NCBI GenBank assembly: GCA_902595145.1
Contig: CACJOU010000004.1
Location: 7,414-71,413, forward strand
Source: an uncultured SAR116 cluster alpha proteobacterium
GTDB lineage: Bacteria > Pseudomonadota > Alphaproteobacteria > Puniceispirillales > Marisalimonadaceae
Length of the DNA: 64,000 bases
Direction: 5' to 3'
The notes under the pieces are model-generated. The model did not search any database. It was not told where the DNA came from and worked only from the letters and a program-made list of their open reading frames with translations. Shown here piece by piece: positions 50,272 through 61,753 of this stretch. A program made the translations under genes and the position numbers. Numbering within the stretch: position 1 is the stretch's first letter; each line of letters begins with the position of its first letter.

Positions 50272-51246
50272 TTAAGTTTTATTTTTAGAATGATTTAGTG
50301 CTTCAATTATAGACATTCTTACAGCAACACCCATTTCAACTTGAGTTTTTATTAAACTTCTATTTGTATCATCTGCTAGGGCAGATGCTATTTCTACGCC
50401 TCTATTCATTGGTCCAGGATGCATGATTACTGCATTTGGGTTGGCCAATGAAAGTTTTGTTTCATCAAGGCCAAAAAAATTAAAATATTCTCTTTCAGAA
50501 GGATTTTCCGTACCTGACATTCTTTCATTTTGAAGACGTAATAACATTACTACATCAGCATCTTTAATTCCCTCTTTCATATTATTAAAGCATTTCACGC
50601 CTAATTTTTCTAAGCTCGAAGGCATTAATGTTGATGGAGCAATACATCTAACTTCAGCACCCATAGTTGTTAACAAATGTATATTTGATCTCGCTACTCT
50701 ACTGTTAGAAATATCCCCACATATGCTAATCTTTAAACCCTCTAGGTATCCAATTCTTCTTTTGATTGTTAATGCATCTAATAAAGCTTGGGTAGGGTGC
50801 TCGTGTCTTCCATCACCAGCATTGATAATACTACAACTTAAATATTCTGCGAAAAGGAGTGGTGCACCACTATGGGGATGTCTCACTATCAATAAATCAG
50901 GTTTCATTGCGTTTAAAGTACTAGCGGTATCTAATAAGCTTTCCCCTTTCTTTATAGATGAGTTAATTAAAGAAATATTAATTACTTCTGCTCCAAGTCT
51001 TCTAGCTGCAAGTTCAAATGAAACCCTAGTACGAGTTGAATTTTCAAAAAAGACATTTAATACTACATATCCAGACAGATATTTAGTGTCTGCGTGTTTA
51101 TCTAAATTTGCAAAATAGTCAGCTCTATCAAGTAGTTTCTGAATTTCACTTTTTTGCATGTCTTCTATTGCTAAAAAGTGATGTGATGATAATTTTACAG
51201 GGGAAAATTTATTAACTTCAGAATTATTTTTAAATAATTTGTTCAT
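50272..51246 (-). CDS. pyrB: Aspartate carbamoyltransferase catalytic subunit
   Basis: FFENSTRTRVSF, NAGDG.HEHPTQ, HPGPMNRG. Confidence 0.98.
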   Translation of the reverse strand: MNKLFKNNSEVNKFSPVKLSSHHFLAIEDMQKSEIQKLLDRADYFANLDKHADTKYLSGYVVLNVFFENSTRTRVSFELAARRLGAEVINISLINSSIKKGESLLDTASTLNAMKPDLLIVRHPHSGAPLLFAEYLSCSIINAGDGRHEHPTQALLDALTIKRRIGYLEGLKISICGDISNSRVARSNIHLLTTMGAEVRCIAPSTLMPSSLEKLGVKCFNNMKEGIKDADVVMLLRLQNERMSGTENPSEREYFNFFGLDETKLSLANPNAVIMHPGPMNRGVEIASALADDTNRSLIKTQVEMGVAVRMSIIEALNHSKNKT

Positions 51247-51259
51247 TAAAAATATCTTA

Positions 51260-51727
51260 CTACATCTTTTTTTTTAATACGTCTAGTGCAGTTTGCAAAA
51301 TCCAACAAGCAGCCAGTTGATCAGTCCTTAAACTTCTTTGTTTTCTTGTCATATCTGCTTTAATCATTGGCTTTTCAATAGCCATTGTGGACATTCTCTC
51401 GTCTTGAAATAAAACTGGAAGATCTCTCTTTTTTAAAACACTATTTGTAAAATCTCTTACTGAGTCGCATCTAGGACCTATACTCCCATCCATATTAAGT
51501 GGCCAGCCCATTACTAATCCTGTAATATCGTACTCATCAAAAATTGAAATCAATTTACTCAAATCGGATTTTAGTTTGTCTCTTTTTATAGTTTTTATTG
51601 GTGAAGAAACTGTCATATCGGAGTTGCTTATTGCAATGCCTAGTGTTTTAGTGCCATGGTCAATTCCTAACAGTCGTTTTTTAGGCAAAATATTTAACAA
51701 AAATTCATCAGGCTTGAAGATAGGCAT
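51260..51727 (-). CDS. ruvX: RuvX/YqgF family nuclease (pre-16S rRNA maturation)
   Basis: LLGIDHGTKTLGIA, GWPLNMDG, QDERMST, D.LAA..ILQ; start moved to ATG 51727. Confidence 0.94.
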   Translation of the reverse strand: MPIFKPDEFLLNILPKKRLLGIDHGTKTLGIAISNSDMTVSSPIKTIKRDKLKSDLSKLISIFDEYDITGLVMGWPLNMDGSIGPRCDSVRDFTNSVLKKRDLPVLFQDERMSTMAIEKPMIKADMTRKQRSLRTDQLAACWILQTALDVLKKKM

Positions 51728-51787
51728 AATTGATGCTAACAGACTTTGATATAAAATAAAATTCATCAATTTAATATAGGGTTGAAC

Positions 51788-52090
51788 ATGCCTAACAAAG
51801 ATACAATTGTAGATGTTCCTACTGTAAATAAAATAGCTCGGCTTTGTCGTTTAGATATTCCAGAAGTAAATAAAGAAAGTCTTACTAAAGATTTAAATAA
51901 TATTTTAGGCTTTGTTGCACAGCTTGATGAAGTAGATACCTCTAATGTAGAGCCATTAGCTTCTGTAACAGGACATAAGTTGCCACTTAGGAGTGATGAT
52001 GTAAATGATGGCAATATTGAAGATTTAGTTTTAAAAAATGCTCCTGAAAGCTCTAGTGGCTTTTTTGTTGTTCCAAAGGTTATCGAATAA
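51788..52090 (+). CDS. gatC: Asp/Glu-tRNA amidotransferase subunit C
   Basis: [26 protein letters not shown]. Confidence 0.96.
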   Translation: MPNKDTIVDVPTVNKIARLCRLDIPEVNKESLTKDLNNILGFVAQLDEVDTSNVEPLASVTGHKLPLRSDDVNDGNIEDLVLKNAPESSSGFFVVPKVIE

Positions 52091-53553
52091 TGTCTGAATT
52101 ACTTGATTTAAATTTAGTTGAAGCCTCTGAAGCTCTTAAAAACAAAAAAATTTCGTCATTAGAATTAACGAAAGCTTATTTGAAATCCATTGGTGATACA
52201 TCTTCATTAGGTGCTTATCTTGAAATAGTAGAGAATAAGGCCATAAATATGGCAAAAGAATCAGACAAAAAATTGATTGATGGTACAGCAAGACCTCTAG
52301 AGGGAATTCCCATAGGAATTAAAGACATGTTTTGCACCAAAGACATAAAAACAACTGCGTCTTCAAAAATTTTAGAAAATTTTATACCTACATATGAAAG
52401 TACAGTAACTCAGAATCTATGGAATGATGGCGCAGTTATTCTTGGAAAATTATCGTGTGATGAATTTGCAATGGGTTCTAGTAATGAAACTGCAGCTAAA
52501 GGTAATGTAATCAACCCATGGTTGAAAAATAAAAAAATGTCTCCAGGTGGTTCTTCAGGTGGATCAGCAGCAGCTGTTGCTGCAAGGTCCGCTTTGGCGG
52601 CAACAGGTACAGATACAGGTGGATCAATAAGGCAACCAGCAGCTTTTTGTGGCATAACTGGTTTAAAACCTACATATGGAAGGTGTTCAAGATGGGGAAT
52701 TGTAGCATTTTCTTCTTCCTTAGATCAGGCAGGCCCACTAACTAGAACAGTGAGTGATGCTGCTTTAATGTTAAATTCTATGGCTGGTTATGACCAAAAA
52801 GACTCCACATCAGCAAATTTAAAAATGCCAGACTTAATGGATTATTTAGATAAAGGGATAAAAGGAAAAAAAATAGGCATACCAAAAGAATACACGCAAG
52901 ATGGTATATCTGAAGATATTGTAAATTTTTATGAGAAATCAATTGATTGGTTAAAAGATGAAGGAGCTGAGATAATTCCAGTTTCGTTGCCTCATACTAA
53001 ATACGCTCTGCCTGCTTATTATATCATTGCTCCTGCTGAAGCTTCAAGTAATTTAGCTCGATATGATGGGGTTAGATACGGCGCAAGACATGAAGCTTCT
53101 AGTTTAGATGAAATGTATGAATTAACTCGTGGAAATGGCTTTGGCGATGAAGTTAAAAGAAGGATAATGATTGGTACTTACGTGTTATCTTCAGGATATT
53201 ATGACGCGTACTATCTAAAAGCCCAAAAAGTAAGAAGATTGATTAAAGAAGATTTTGAGAACGTTTATAAAAAAGTAGATTATATTTTGACCCCTTCAAC
53301 ACCAACAACTTCTTTCGAATTAGGTAAAAAACAAGATCCTCTTACTATGTACCTTAATGATGTTTTCACAGTACCAGCGAGTTTAGCTGGTTTACCTGGA
53401 ATTTCCTTGCCAGTTGGCCTAGATAAATCTGGCTTACCAATTGGTATACAATTGATAGCAAATTCTTTTGATGAACCTGGTTTGATTAGTATAGCTAGAG
53501 TATTAGAAATGTGTGCAGGATTTAATTTTATAGCTGATGGAGCTGCAAAATGA
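52090..53553 (+). CDS. gatA: Asp/Glu-tRNA amidotransferase subunit A
   Basis: [33 protein letters not shown]. Confidence 0.98.
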   Translation: MSELLDLNLVEASEALKNKKISSLELTKAYLKSIGDTSSLGAYLEIVENKAINMAKESDKKLIDGTARPLEGIPIGIKDMFCTKDIKTTASSKILENFIPTYESTVTQNLWNDGAVILGKLSCDEFAMGSSNETAAKGNVINPWLKNKKMSPGGSSGGSAAAVAARSALAATGTDTGGSIRQPAAFCGITGLKPTYGRCSRWGIVAFSSSLDQAGPLTRTVSDAALMLNSMAGYDQKDSTSANLKMPDLMDYLDKGIKGKKIGIPKEYTQDGISEDIVNFYEKSIDWLKDEGAEIIPVSLPHTKYALPAYYIIAPAEASSNLARYDGVRYGARHEASSLDEMYELTRGNGFGDEVKRRIMIGTYVLSSGYYDAYYLKAQKVRRLIKEDFENVYKKVDYILTPSTPTTSFELGKKQDPLTMYLNDVFTVPASLAGLPGISLPVGLDKSGLPIGIQLIANSFDEPGLISIARVLEMCAGFNFIADGAAK

Positions 53554-55022
53554 ATGACACTTCAACTTTGAAGCCAGGTCATATTCAGGGTGAAACTGGT
53601 ATATGGGAAATGGTAATTGGACTTGAAATACATGCACAAATTTCAAGTAAATCAAAATTGTTTTCAGGAGCGTCCGCTTCTTTTGGTTCTGAAGCTAATA
53701 GAAATGTATCCTTAGTCGATGCTGCAATGCCTGGCATGCTGCCAGTTATTAATGAGTTCTGTGTGGAACAAGCAGTTAAAACAGGACTAGCACTAAATGC
53801 TAAAATAAATAATGTTTCAGTTTTTGATAGAAAAAATTACTTTTACGCAGATTTACCCCAAGGTTATCAGATAAGTCAATTTACCAAACCAATTGTAGGC
53901 GAAGGTGAGATTATAGTCGATTTAGATAACGGCGAACAAACGACAATTGGTATTGAAAGATTACATTTAGAACAGGATGCAGGAAAATCACTTCATGATC
54001 AACATCCAACAAAATCATATATAGATTTAAACAGAACTGGTGTTGCCTTAATGGAAATAGTTTCTAAGCCAGACATAAGATCACCTCAAGAAGCAGGTGC
54101 ATACGTAAAAAAAATTAGATCTATATTGAGATATATTGGTGCCTGTGATGGAAATATGGAAGAAGGATCTCTCAGAGCTGATTGCAATGTATCTGTTAGA
54201 AAGTCTGGAGAAGAATTTGGAACAAGATGTGAGATAAAAAATCTAAATTCAATTAGATTTATTATTCAAGCAATACAATCTGAAGCAGAAAGACAAGTTG
54301 ATATATTGGAGCAGGGTGGAACAATAGATCAAGAAACAAGACTTTTTGATACTTCCACTGGAGAAACTAGATCAATGAGAAGTAAGGAAGATGCTCACGA
54401 TTATAGATATTTCCCTGATCCAGATTTATTGCCTCTAGAATTTACAGAAAGTTGGGTTCAAGATATTAAAGAAAAACTTCCAGAACTTCCAGACAGTCTT
54501 AAAAAAAGACTGGTTAAAGATTTTGGTATTACTTCTTATGATGCCTCTATTCTAGTAGAGGAAAAAGATTACGTTGATTTTTACCAACAAGCAGCAAATG
54601 GAAGAGACGGAAAGCTTACGGCAAATTGGATGATAACTGAATTATTTGGTGCTTTAAAAAAAGATAATTTGTCTTTCTCAGAATCACCAATTACTACTGA
54701 AAATCTTGGAGAATTAATTTCTTTGATATCCAATGGAACTATTTCAGGTAAAATAGCAAAAGAAGTATTTTCAGAGATGATGAAAAGTAAAAAGTCACCT
54801 TCTGAAATTGTAAAAGAAAAAGGACTTGAGCAAGTTTCTGATAACTCAGAAATCTTAAAATTGATAGATCAAGTTATTTTAGACAACCAAGATAAGGTTA
54901 ATGAATATTTAAGTGGAAAAGATAAACTTTTTGGTTTTTTTGTAGGGCAAGTTATGAAATTATCCCAAGGTAAAGCAAATCCAGGCGTTGTTAATAAACT
55001 ACTTAAAGAGAAACTTAAATAA
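53550..55022 (+). CDS. gatB: Asp/Glu-tRNA amidotransferase subunit B
   Basis: [36 protein letters not shown]. Confidence 0.98.
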   Translation: MNDTSTLKPGHIQGETGIWEMVIGLEIHAQISSKSKLFSGASASFGSEANRNVSLVDAAMPGMLPVINEFCVEQAVKTGLALNAKINNVSVFDRKNYFYADLPQGYQISQFTKPIVGEGEIIVDLDNGEQTTIGIERLHLEQDAGKSLHDQHPTKSYIDLNRTGVALMEIVSKPDIRSPQEAGAYVKKIRSILRYIGACDGNMEEGSLRADCNVSVRKSGEEFGTRCEIKNLNSIRFIIQAIQSEAERQVDILEQGGTIDQETRLFDTSTGETRSMRSKEDAHDYRYFPDPDLLPLEFTESWVQDIKEKLPELPDSLKKRLVKDFGITSYDASILVEEKDYVDFYQQAANGRDGKLTANWMITELFGALKKDNLSFSESPITTENLGELISLISNGTISGKIAKEVFSEMMKSKKSPSEIVKEKGLEQVSDNSEILKLIDQVILDNQDKVNEYLSGKDKLFGFFVGQVMKLSQGKANPGVVNKLLKEKLK

Positions 55023-55034
55023 AACTATTTATAA

Positions 55035-55939
55035 TTATTTCTTTATTCTCCAATTAGCTAATGTTATTGCGAAAATTATTGATAAGAAACCTACAATCAA
55101 TTTTAAAGTTATTTCTTCATCAAGTATAAAAGAGCCAAGTAAAATAGCAGATAAAGGATTGAATCCAAGAGAAATAGCTGCTTGAGTTGGAGAAATTAAT
55201 TGAAGTGCTTTTCCCCAACAATACATCATTAAAACTCCACCTGGAATGACTAACATTAATAATGCATAGATTGAAACTTCACCTATTTGATTTATGTTTT
55301 CAAAAGATGAACCAAAAAATAAAGCTATAAGAAAATTAATCAATGTACCAGTACCCATTACATAAATCATGACTGGTATGTTTCCATATTTATTAAGATA
55401 CTTGCCTGAAAAAACAGTAAAACATGACGCAGCGATTACTCCAATCATCATTAAAGAATCACCTTTCAATGTTTGACTGTAATTATTGCTTACACTCTCT
55501 GACAAACAGAATGATACTCCTAGAACTGCTATAAAAACAGCAAGAGATTTATTAATTGTGATTTTTTCTATATTAAAAAAAAAGCTATTAATATGGTACA
55601 AAGTGGCATTGTTGCATAAAGTAATCCTGCTCTTGCTGCAGTTGTATGTTCAAGTCCTGCGGCCATAAAGTTAGGGAAAATTGTTATCATGGCTAATCCC
55701 AAAAATGCTAGGGGAATTTTGTCCTCTTTTAAAAATTTTGTTTTTAAAAATATAGAAATAGAAAGCAAAAACAAAATAAGTCCAGTTAATCCATAACGTA
55801 AAAAACTAAGAGTAAATGAATCTAAATCATCAACAATTAGTCTTGTAAAAACAAAAGTTGATCCACCAAGTGCCGCTGAAAATGACGCAAAAAATGATCC
55901 TAATATTAGATTCTTAAAAATTATTTGGTCTTTATTCAT
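55035..55939 (-). pseudogene. EamA/DMT family transporter split by a frameshift
   Basis: Overlapping ORFs 55568-55939 and 55035-55601 are the consecutive parts of one 10-TM DMT protein. The break is at a T9 run (A9 at 55575-55583 on +); one extra T restores IAFFFNIEKIT. Confidence 0.8.
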
Positions 55940-56022
55940 AATTTTATTTTAAATAATTTGAGATAAGAAGTATTTACTTACTAAATGTAATATAACTAAA
56001 AATAGATAAAGATAGTAATATT

Positions 56023-57000
56023 ATGAAAAAATTAAAATTAGGTAGAACAGGACTAGATATATCCCAAGTTATTCTAGGTGGTGGTTGGGTTGGAGGATTA
56101 TTTATTGACCCTAATTTTGATATAATGGAGAAAGCAATTGAACTTTCAATTAAGGCTGGCATTAATTGGATTGATACAGCTGAAAGTTATAGCGATGGTA
56201 AATCTGAAAAAAATATTGGCTATTTAATAAGTTCTCTTCCTTCTTCAGATAAATTACAAATATCTTCGAAAGCTAGATTAGATCCTACAATTTCAGAAAC
56301 GTTCGTTTCACAGTTAGATAGAAAATTAGACAACACGCTAAATCGATTAAAGGTAGATAAATTAGAATTATATCAATTGCATAATAGAATAACTTTTGAA
56401 GAAAATAATGATACTCTTACCTGCTCACAAATATTCAATAATAACATATGTGAGATTATGAGAAAACTTAAAGAAGATGGACGTGTTAAAAATATTGGAC
56501 TTACAGCTTTAGGGGATACAGAATCTATAAGAAAAATTATACAAACTGGTCATTTTGATACAGCTCAAATTTATTATAATCTTTTAAATCCAAGTGCTAA
56601 TTTTAGAGAAAAAGGTAGATGGAATGATCATGACTTTTCTGGTTTAATTACAGATTGCAAAAAATTTGATATGGGCATAATGGGTATAAGGATTTTTGCA
56701 GCTGGGTTGTTAGCAACTGATGTTAGGCATGGTAGAGAAATCCCAGTTACTCATGTTATTAATATGAAAGAAGAAGAAAGACGTGTTGAAAAATTATTTA
56801 AATTAGTAGGCCATACTTATGGCAACAGAGCTCAATTTGCTCTACGATATGGTTTATCTAATAATAATTTGAATTGTATTGTATTAGGTTTGGCATCACT
56901 TGATCATTTAAAGAATTCTATGCAAGCAGTTGAGATGGGACCATTGCCAGATGAATTGTTGGTAAAGATATCTGAATTGCAAAATTCTAATTTTATTTAA
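56023..57000 (+). CDS. Aldo/keto reductase family protein
   Basis: LGRTGLDIS, GINWIDTAESY, SSK, LYQLHN. Confidence 0.9.
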   Translation: MKKLKLGRTGLDISQVILGGGWVGGLFIDPNFDIMEKAIELSIKAGINWIDTAESYSDGKSEKNIGYLISSLPSSDKLQISSKARLDPTISETFVSQLDRKLDNTLNRLKVDKLELYQLHNRITFEENNDTLTCSQIFNNNICEIMRKLKEDGRVKNIGLTALGDTESIRKIIQTGHFDTAQIYYNLLNPSANFREKGRWNDHDFSGLITDCKKFDMGIMGIRIFAAGLLATDVRHGREIPVTHVINMKEEERRVEKLFKLVGHTYGNRAQFALRYGLSNNNLNCIVLGLASLDHLKNSMQAVEMGPLPDELLVKISELQNSNFI

Positions 57001-57074
57001 TTTCATATTTATATCGACTTAAGATTGAAGCAGTCATATAACTTACATAAACAAATTAAAATTCCAGGATTTAA

Positions 57075-57995
57075 ATGAAAATACTAGTATTAGGTGTTGG
57101 AGGAATCGGAGGGTTTTTTGGAGGATTTCTTCAAGAAAGTGGTGCTGATGTAACTTTTTTAGTAAGACCCAAAAGAAAGGTGCTATTAATAAAAAATAAA
57201 TTAAAGATTATTAGCTCACTTGGTAACCTTAATTTAGAACCTAATTTAATTTTATCGAATGAATTAAAACCAATCTACGATGTTATTCTAGTTACGTGTA
57301 AGACCTATGATTTAGATCAAGCCATGCGAGATTTAAAAGGCGTTAAAGGTAAGGGTATGATTATCCCTTTTTTGAATGGTTTTACTCACATGGGAAAATT
57401 AGATAAAGAATTTGGTAGTGAAAATGTAATTGGTGGTGTGGCTCATATAAGCTCAACTATAAATAATAATGGTGCAATAGAACATTTTAGTGAATTTAAA
57501 AAAATTACTTTTGGTGATAGAAAAAAACATCAAAGTAATGATCTTGTATCATTTTATAACATTTGCAAAAGAACTAAATTTGACGTTGCTATATCAGAAG
57601 ATATTACCTTAGATTTGTGGAAAAAATGGGTTTTTATTGCAACTGTTGCGGGGGCCACAACATTGTTTAATTGTCCACTTGGAGAAATAAGTAATCATGC
57701 AGTTGGAAAAAAAACTTTATCTGATTTGTACGATGAATGTAGATCAATAGCAAAATTTAACGGTTATATTATTAGTGATTTGGAAACAGAAAATGTTTTG
57801 AAAAATATTATGACACCCGGATCACTTATTAAAGCTTCAATGCTTAGAGACATAGAAAAAAAAGGATTTACTGAGCATGAAGAAATATTTGGAGATTTGG
57901 TTGCAGAAGCAGAAAAATTTAATCTTAATTGCCCAATTCTTAAAGCGTGTTATTTAAGAATGAAAATTTACAAAGAAAATCTAAATAAATTTTAA
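57075..57995 (+). CDS. panE: Ketopantoate reductase family protein (PanE/ApbA)
   Basis: GVGGIGG, VTCKTYDL, LNG, WKKW, ASMLRD..TE. Confidence 0.85.
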   Translation: MKILVLGVGGIGGFFGGFLQESGADVTFLVRPKRKVLLIKNKLKIISSLGNLNLEPNLILSNELKPIYDVILVTCKTYDLDQAMRDLKGVKGKGMIIPFLNGFTHMGKLDKEFGSENVIGGVAHISSTINNNGAIEHFSEFKKITFGDRKKHQSNDLVSFYNICKRTKFDVAISEDITLDLWKKWVFIATVAGATTLFNCPLGEISNHAVGKKTLSDLYDECRSIAKFNGYIISDLETENVLKNIMTPGSLIKASMLRDIEKKGFTEHEEIFGDLVAEAEKFNLNCPILKACYLRMKIYKENLNKF

Positions 57996-58792
57996 GATCC
58001 AACTTTAATGAAAGATTTTAAACCTCTTAAACAAGCAATCACACTTAATCCTGTAATTCTTCCAGTTCCTGGATTTTCTGGTGTTTGAACATTTTGAATA
58101 GACATTTCAAATTCTGCACTATCCGATTTAACCTCAACTTTATGCGTGTTTCTCTCTAGATTTGGATCTGCCCATATTTCAAGTTGGGTTTTATTAGCAC
58201 CTATACCCGCTAGTCCAACAGCAGCTGCTACATTTACATTTGCTGGAAAAGCTTTTGCACCTTCAGTAGCTGAGCCTTTGAAAATTAATTTAGCTTCTGA
58301 TAATTCATCAAGTTCTATATTGTTTTTAATGACATATGGTGCTTTTGAAAGTGCATTAGGTGGTTTCCGAGTTGTCATTCTAACAGAATGAATTGTGGAT
58401 TCTGCAGCAGCTCTTAATGCATCTAAACCTAATATGGCACCAGTTGCTAAAATTATTTGAGAGTTATTTTTTTTTGGTGTTTCAATTAAATCAAAATTAT
58501 CAAGTATACCAGAACCACTAACAGTTATTAATGTTTTACCTTCACTAATACATCGAGTTGCAATATCTCTGAATGCTTCTTTTGGAGCACAATCGATAAT
58601 AATTTGACAATTATTAATCAAAGTTTCTAATTCAAAAATTTTGATACTTTTTTTTAATTTTGAAATTCTTTCTTCTGCGTTTGTTTTGCTTCTAGATGAA
58701 ATTCCATATAGATAAAAATTTTCTACACCTTCTAGGAGCGCTTTAGCCACTTCTGTTCCTATTGAGCCAAAACCAACGATACCTACATTCAT
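57992..58792 (-). CDS. nadX: L-aspartate dehydrogenase-like protein
   Basis: GFGSIG, GAILGLDAL, TTRKPP, FPANVNVAAA, RNTH, ENP.T. Confidence 0.88.
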   Translation of the reverse strand: MNVGIVGFGSIGTEVAKALLEGVENFYLYGISSRSKTNAEERISKLKKSIKIFELETLINNCQIIIDCAPKEAFRDIATRCISEGKTLITVSGSGILDNFDLIETPKKNNSQIILATGAILGLDALRAAAESTIHSVRMTTRKPPNALSKAPYVIKNNIELDELSEAKLIFKGSATEGAKAFPANVNVAAAVGLAGIGANKTQLEIWADPNLERNTHKVEVKSDSAEFEMSIQNVQTPENPGTGRITGLSVIACLRGLKSFIKVGS

Positions 58793-58810
58793 CTTTTTAC
58801 CTTTATGTAT

Positions 58811-60619
58811 TTATCTTCCAATTGCGTAACCTTGCATAAATCTTGGATTGGCTGCCGCTTTTAAAATTTCATTATCCTTTGAAGCTGCTGTCATTCTGCC
58901 AAGACTCCAGTCATCATCAATTATTATTTTATGCCCTTTTTTAATAAGTTCATCAATAGTCTCCTTAGGAAATCTTCCTTCAACTGCCAGATGACCAATA
59001 TCAGTTTCTCTCGGATAAAATGAATTTGGAAAATGTGCAGTGCTGAAACCTGGGGCATCGATCGCTTCTTGAAGATTAAGTCCAAAATGTACATGTCTTA
59101 AAAACAAATGAAGAGACCATTGATCTTGTTGATCACCTCCTGGTGTGCCAAAAACCATATAAGGCAGTCCATCTTTCAAAGCAAGACTTGGAGATAAAGT
59201 AGTTCTAGGTCTTCTTTTTGGGCCAATGCAAGCTGGGGAGTTTTCGTCTAACCAAAACATTTGTCCTCTATTAGATAAACAAAATCCAAGATTTGGAATT
59301 ACTGGAGAGCTTTGCAACCAACCTCCACTTGGAGTGCCAGCAATCATGTTTCCCCATTTATCAATTATATCAAAATGAGTAGTGTCTCCTTTTGTATCCC
59401 CAAGACTGGAAGGATTAGGTTCGTCAAACCTCGCTACTGTAGGTTCTCCAATATCAAATTTTGAAAATGACTCTGGGGTACCACCTTTTGGTCTTACCAA
59501 CACTTTTCCTCCAAAACCTGCTATAACTCCAGGTCTTACTTCCATTGAGGCTTCTTTGGATATTAAATTTCTTCTTTTAGCATTGTATTCTTCACCTAGT
59601 AAAATATCCATAGGCACATCATTAAAATTTGTATCTCCATAAAAAGCCTCTCTATCAGCAAAAGCTAATTTGGTTGCTTCTACAACTAAATGGACAAACT
59701 CAGGAGAATTTTCATCTAAAGAATCTAAATCAAATTCTTTTAGCAATGCTAATTGCTGTAAAAAAGTTGGTCCTTGGCCCCAAGGTCCAGTCTTGCAAAC
59801 GGTATAATTTTTATAATCATAAGATAAAGGTCTTTCAATGGTTGCAGACCAACCTGCTAAATCATCTCCAGTTAATAGACCTTTATGTCTTTTTTCAGTT
59901 GTGTCCATAAACTCATTATTTTTACAAAAGTCTTCTATTTCTTGTGCGATAAAACCCTGGCTCCATATTAAACGTGCTTGTGTAATTTGTTCTTCACGAG
60001 CATGGGATTTGTTTTCAGCTTCTTTGATAATTTTTAAGTACGTATTAGCCATCTTTTTATTAGTAAAAAAATCACCAATAGAAGGAACTTCACCTTTAGG
60101 AAGGTAAATTTCAGCTGAAGTTGTCCATTCAGTTTTAAAAAGTTCTTCAACTGATTTAATTGTATTAATAATATTTGGAACCAAAGGATATCCTTTTGTT
60201 GCAATACTTATTGCTGGCTCTAATACAGTTCTTAATGACATAGTTCCATAATTAAGTAAAAGAAGCATCCAAGCATCAAAAGCTCCTGGAACAACAGCTG
60301 GTAACAAGCCGCTTCCTGGAACAATGTTTAAATTCATATCACTAAAAGTTTTCAAAGTTGCAGAATTTGGAGCGACACCTTGACCACATATTACTATAGG
60401 GTTTTCTCCATTAGGGCATAAGATTAGAGGAACTTCTCCACCAGGTCCATTTAGATGAGGTTCAACTACTTGAAGCGCAAATCCTGTGGCTACAGCAGCA
60501 TCAAATGCGTTTCCATTTTTTTCTAGAATTGACATACCAACCGCAGATGCAATCCAATGGGTAGAAGTGACGACTCCAAAGTTACCAACAATTTCAGGTC
60601 TTGTAGTAAATTTTGTCAT
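58811..60619 (-). CDS. Gamma-glutamyltransferase-family Ntn hydrolase
   Basis: GNAFDAAVA, VVEPHLNGPGG, GDTTHF (autocleavage Thr), GTPGGDQQ; no signal peptide. Confidence 0.92.
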   Translation of the reverse strand: MTKFTTRPEIVGNFGVVTSTHWIASAVGMSILEKNGNAFDAAVATGFALQVVEPHLNGPGGEVPLILCPNGENPIVICGQGVAPNSATLKTFSDMNLNIVPGSGLLPAVVPGAFDAWMLLLLNYGTMSLRTVLEPAISIATKGYPLVPNIINTIKSVEELFKTEWTTSAEIYLPKGEVPSIGDFFTNKKMANTYLKIIKEAENKSHAREEQITQARLIWSQGFIAQEIEDFCKNNEFMDTTEKRHKGLLTGDDLAGWSATIERPLSYDYKNYTVCKTGPWGQGPTFLQQLALLKEFDLDSLDENSPEFVHLVVEATKLAFADREAFYGDTNFNDVPMDILLGEEYNAKRRNLISKEASMEVRPGVIAGFGGKVLVRPKGGTPESFSKFDIGEPTVARFDEPNPSSLGDTKGDTTHFDIIDKWGNMIAGTPSGGWLQSSPVIPNLGFCLSNRGQMFWLDENSPACIGPKRRPRTTLSPSLALKDGLPYMVFGTPGGDQQDQWSLHLFLRHVHFGLNLQEAIDAPGFSTAHFPNSFYPRETDIGHLAVEGRFPKETIDELIKKGHKIIIDDDWSLGRMTAASKDNEILKAAANPRFMQGYAIGR

Positions 60620-60724
60620 TTTATTTCCAAAAAATTATATTATCAATTGACTCTTATAAAGCATATGCAATTATTAAATTTCATAATTATCTAAAATAAA
60701 ATAAACTAATTTGTGGAGATAACA

Positions 60725-61702
60725 ATGCCTATCAAAAATTTATTAAAAGCCAGTTTAGCTGGAGCAGCTTTACTGGCTTTATCATTTACAGGAGCTTCAG
60801 CAGCTCCAAGTATTCCGTGTGGTACTGCAAAGTTAATTGTTCCTTGGGGAGCAGGTGGCGGAACAGATGTAATATTTAGACAGATGGTTGATAAAGTAAA
60901 TAAAAATGGAGCAAAGCCTCAACTACAAGTTGTCAACGTTGGCGGTCAAGGTGGTAATAAAGGTGCAAAACAAGCTTCTAAAGCCAAGCCTGATGGTTGT
61001 ACTCTGTTTGCAATTCACCAAAGTGCTATAACTAGTTATTTCACTGGTAGAATAGATATAACTTGGGATGCATTTGAAACTATTTCAATGGTTACATCAA
61101 CACCTTCAATTATAGGTGCAAATGTTAACACACCTTATAACAATATATCAGAACTAGTTGCAGCAGCAAAAAAAGCTCCTGGATCGATTACTGCTGGCGG
61201 AACTTTTGGTTCAACAAGTCAGTTTGTTTTTCTTTTACTAGAGGATGCAACTGGTGTGAAATTTAAGCATGTATCTTATGATGGAACAAAACAAAGAATG
61301 ACCGCTTTGTTGGCTGATAACATTAAACTTGGTGAAATTAACTTAGCAGCAGCTATTAAATTTATTAAAGCTGGTAAATTAAAAGCACTTGGGGTTACTA
61401 ATGATGCAAGATTAGATCAAATTCCTGATATTAAGACAGCTCAAGAACAAGGTGCTAACGTAATCTTTGCTGTTGAAAGAGGAGTGGTTGCTCCAAAGGG
61501 AACATCTGCAGAAATTGTAAAGCATTACGCAAAAATGTTTGAAGGCGCAGCAATGGATAAAGATTTTAAAGCTGCTATGCATAAAAAAGGTATTTTAATT
61601 AATTATAAAGGACCTGAAGATTATAAAAAACATTTTCAAGCCACCTATGATTATTGGAAGCCAATAGCAAAACAAGTTGGTGTTTATAAAAGAAAAGACT
61701 AA
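60725..61702 (+). CDS. tctC: Tripartite tricarboxylate transporter substrate-binding protein (TctC/Bug)
   Basis: Signal peptide, IVPWGAGGGTD, VVNVGGQGG..G, PDGCTL; ATG 60725 after GGAG. Confidence 0.93.
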   Translation: MPIKNLLKASLAGAALLALSFTGASAAPSIPCGTAKLIVPWGAGGGTDVIFRQMVDKVNKNGAKPQLQVVNVGGQGGNKGAKQASKAKPDGCTLFAIHQSAITSYFTGRIDITWDAFETISMVTSTPSIIGANVNTPYNNISELVAAAKKAPGSITAGGTFGSTSQFVFLLLEDATGVKFKHVSYDGTKQRMTALLADNIKLGEINLAAAIKFIKAGKLKALGVTNDARLDQIPDIKTAQEQGANVIFAVERGVVAPKGTSAEIVKHYAKMFEGAAMDKDFKAAMHKKGILINYKGPEDYKKHFQATYDYWKPIAKQVGVYKRKD

Positions 61703-61707
61703 ATTTG

Positions 61708-61742
61708 TAAAAGAAGAGATAACTAACTTATCTCTTCTTTTA
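61708..61742 (+). terminator. Perfect 15-bp stem-loop between tctC and tctB (partial terminator / mRNA stabiliser)
   Basis: TAAAAGAAGAGATAA-ctaac-TTATCTCTTCTTTTA, starting 5 nt after the tctC stop. Confidence 0.75.
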
Positions 61743-61753
61743 ATAAAATCATT

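Noticed and set aside
51727-51788. ruvX and gatC starts only 12 nt apart in the ORF track
   Set aside because: More plausible ATG starts (51727 and 51788) leave a small but ordinary divergent promoter gap.
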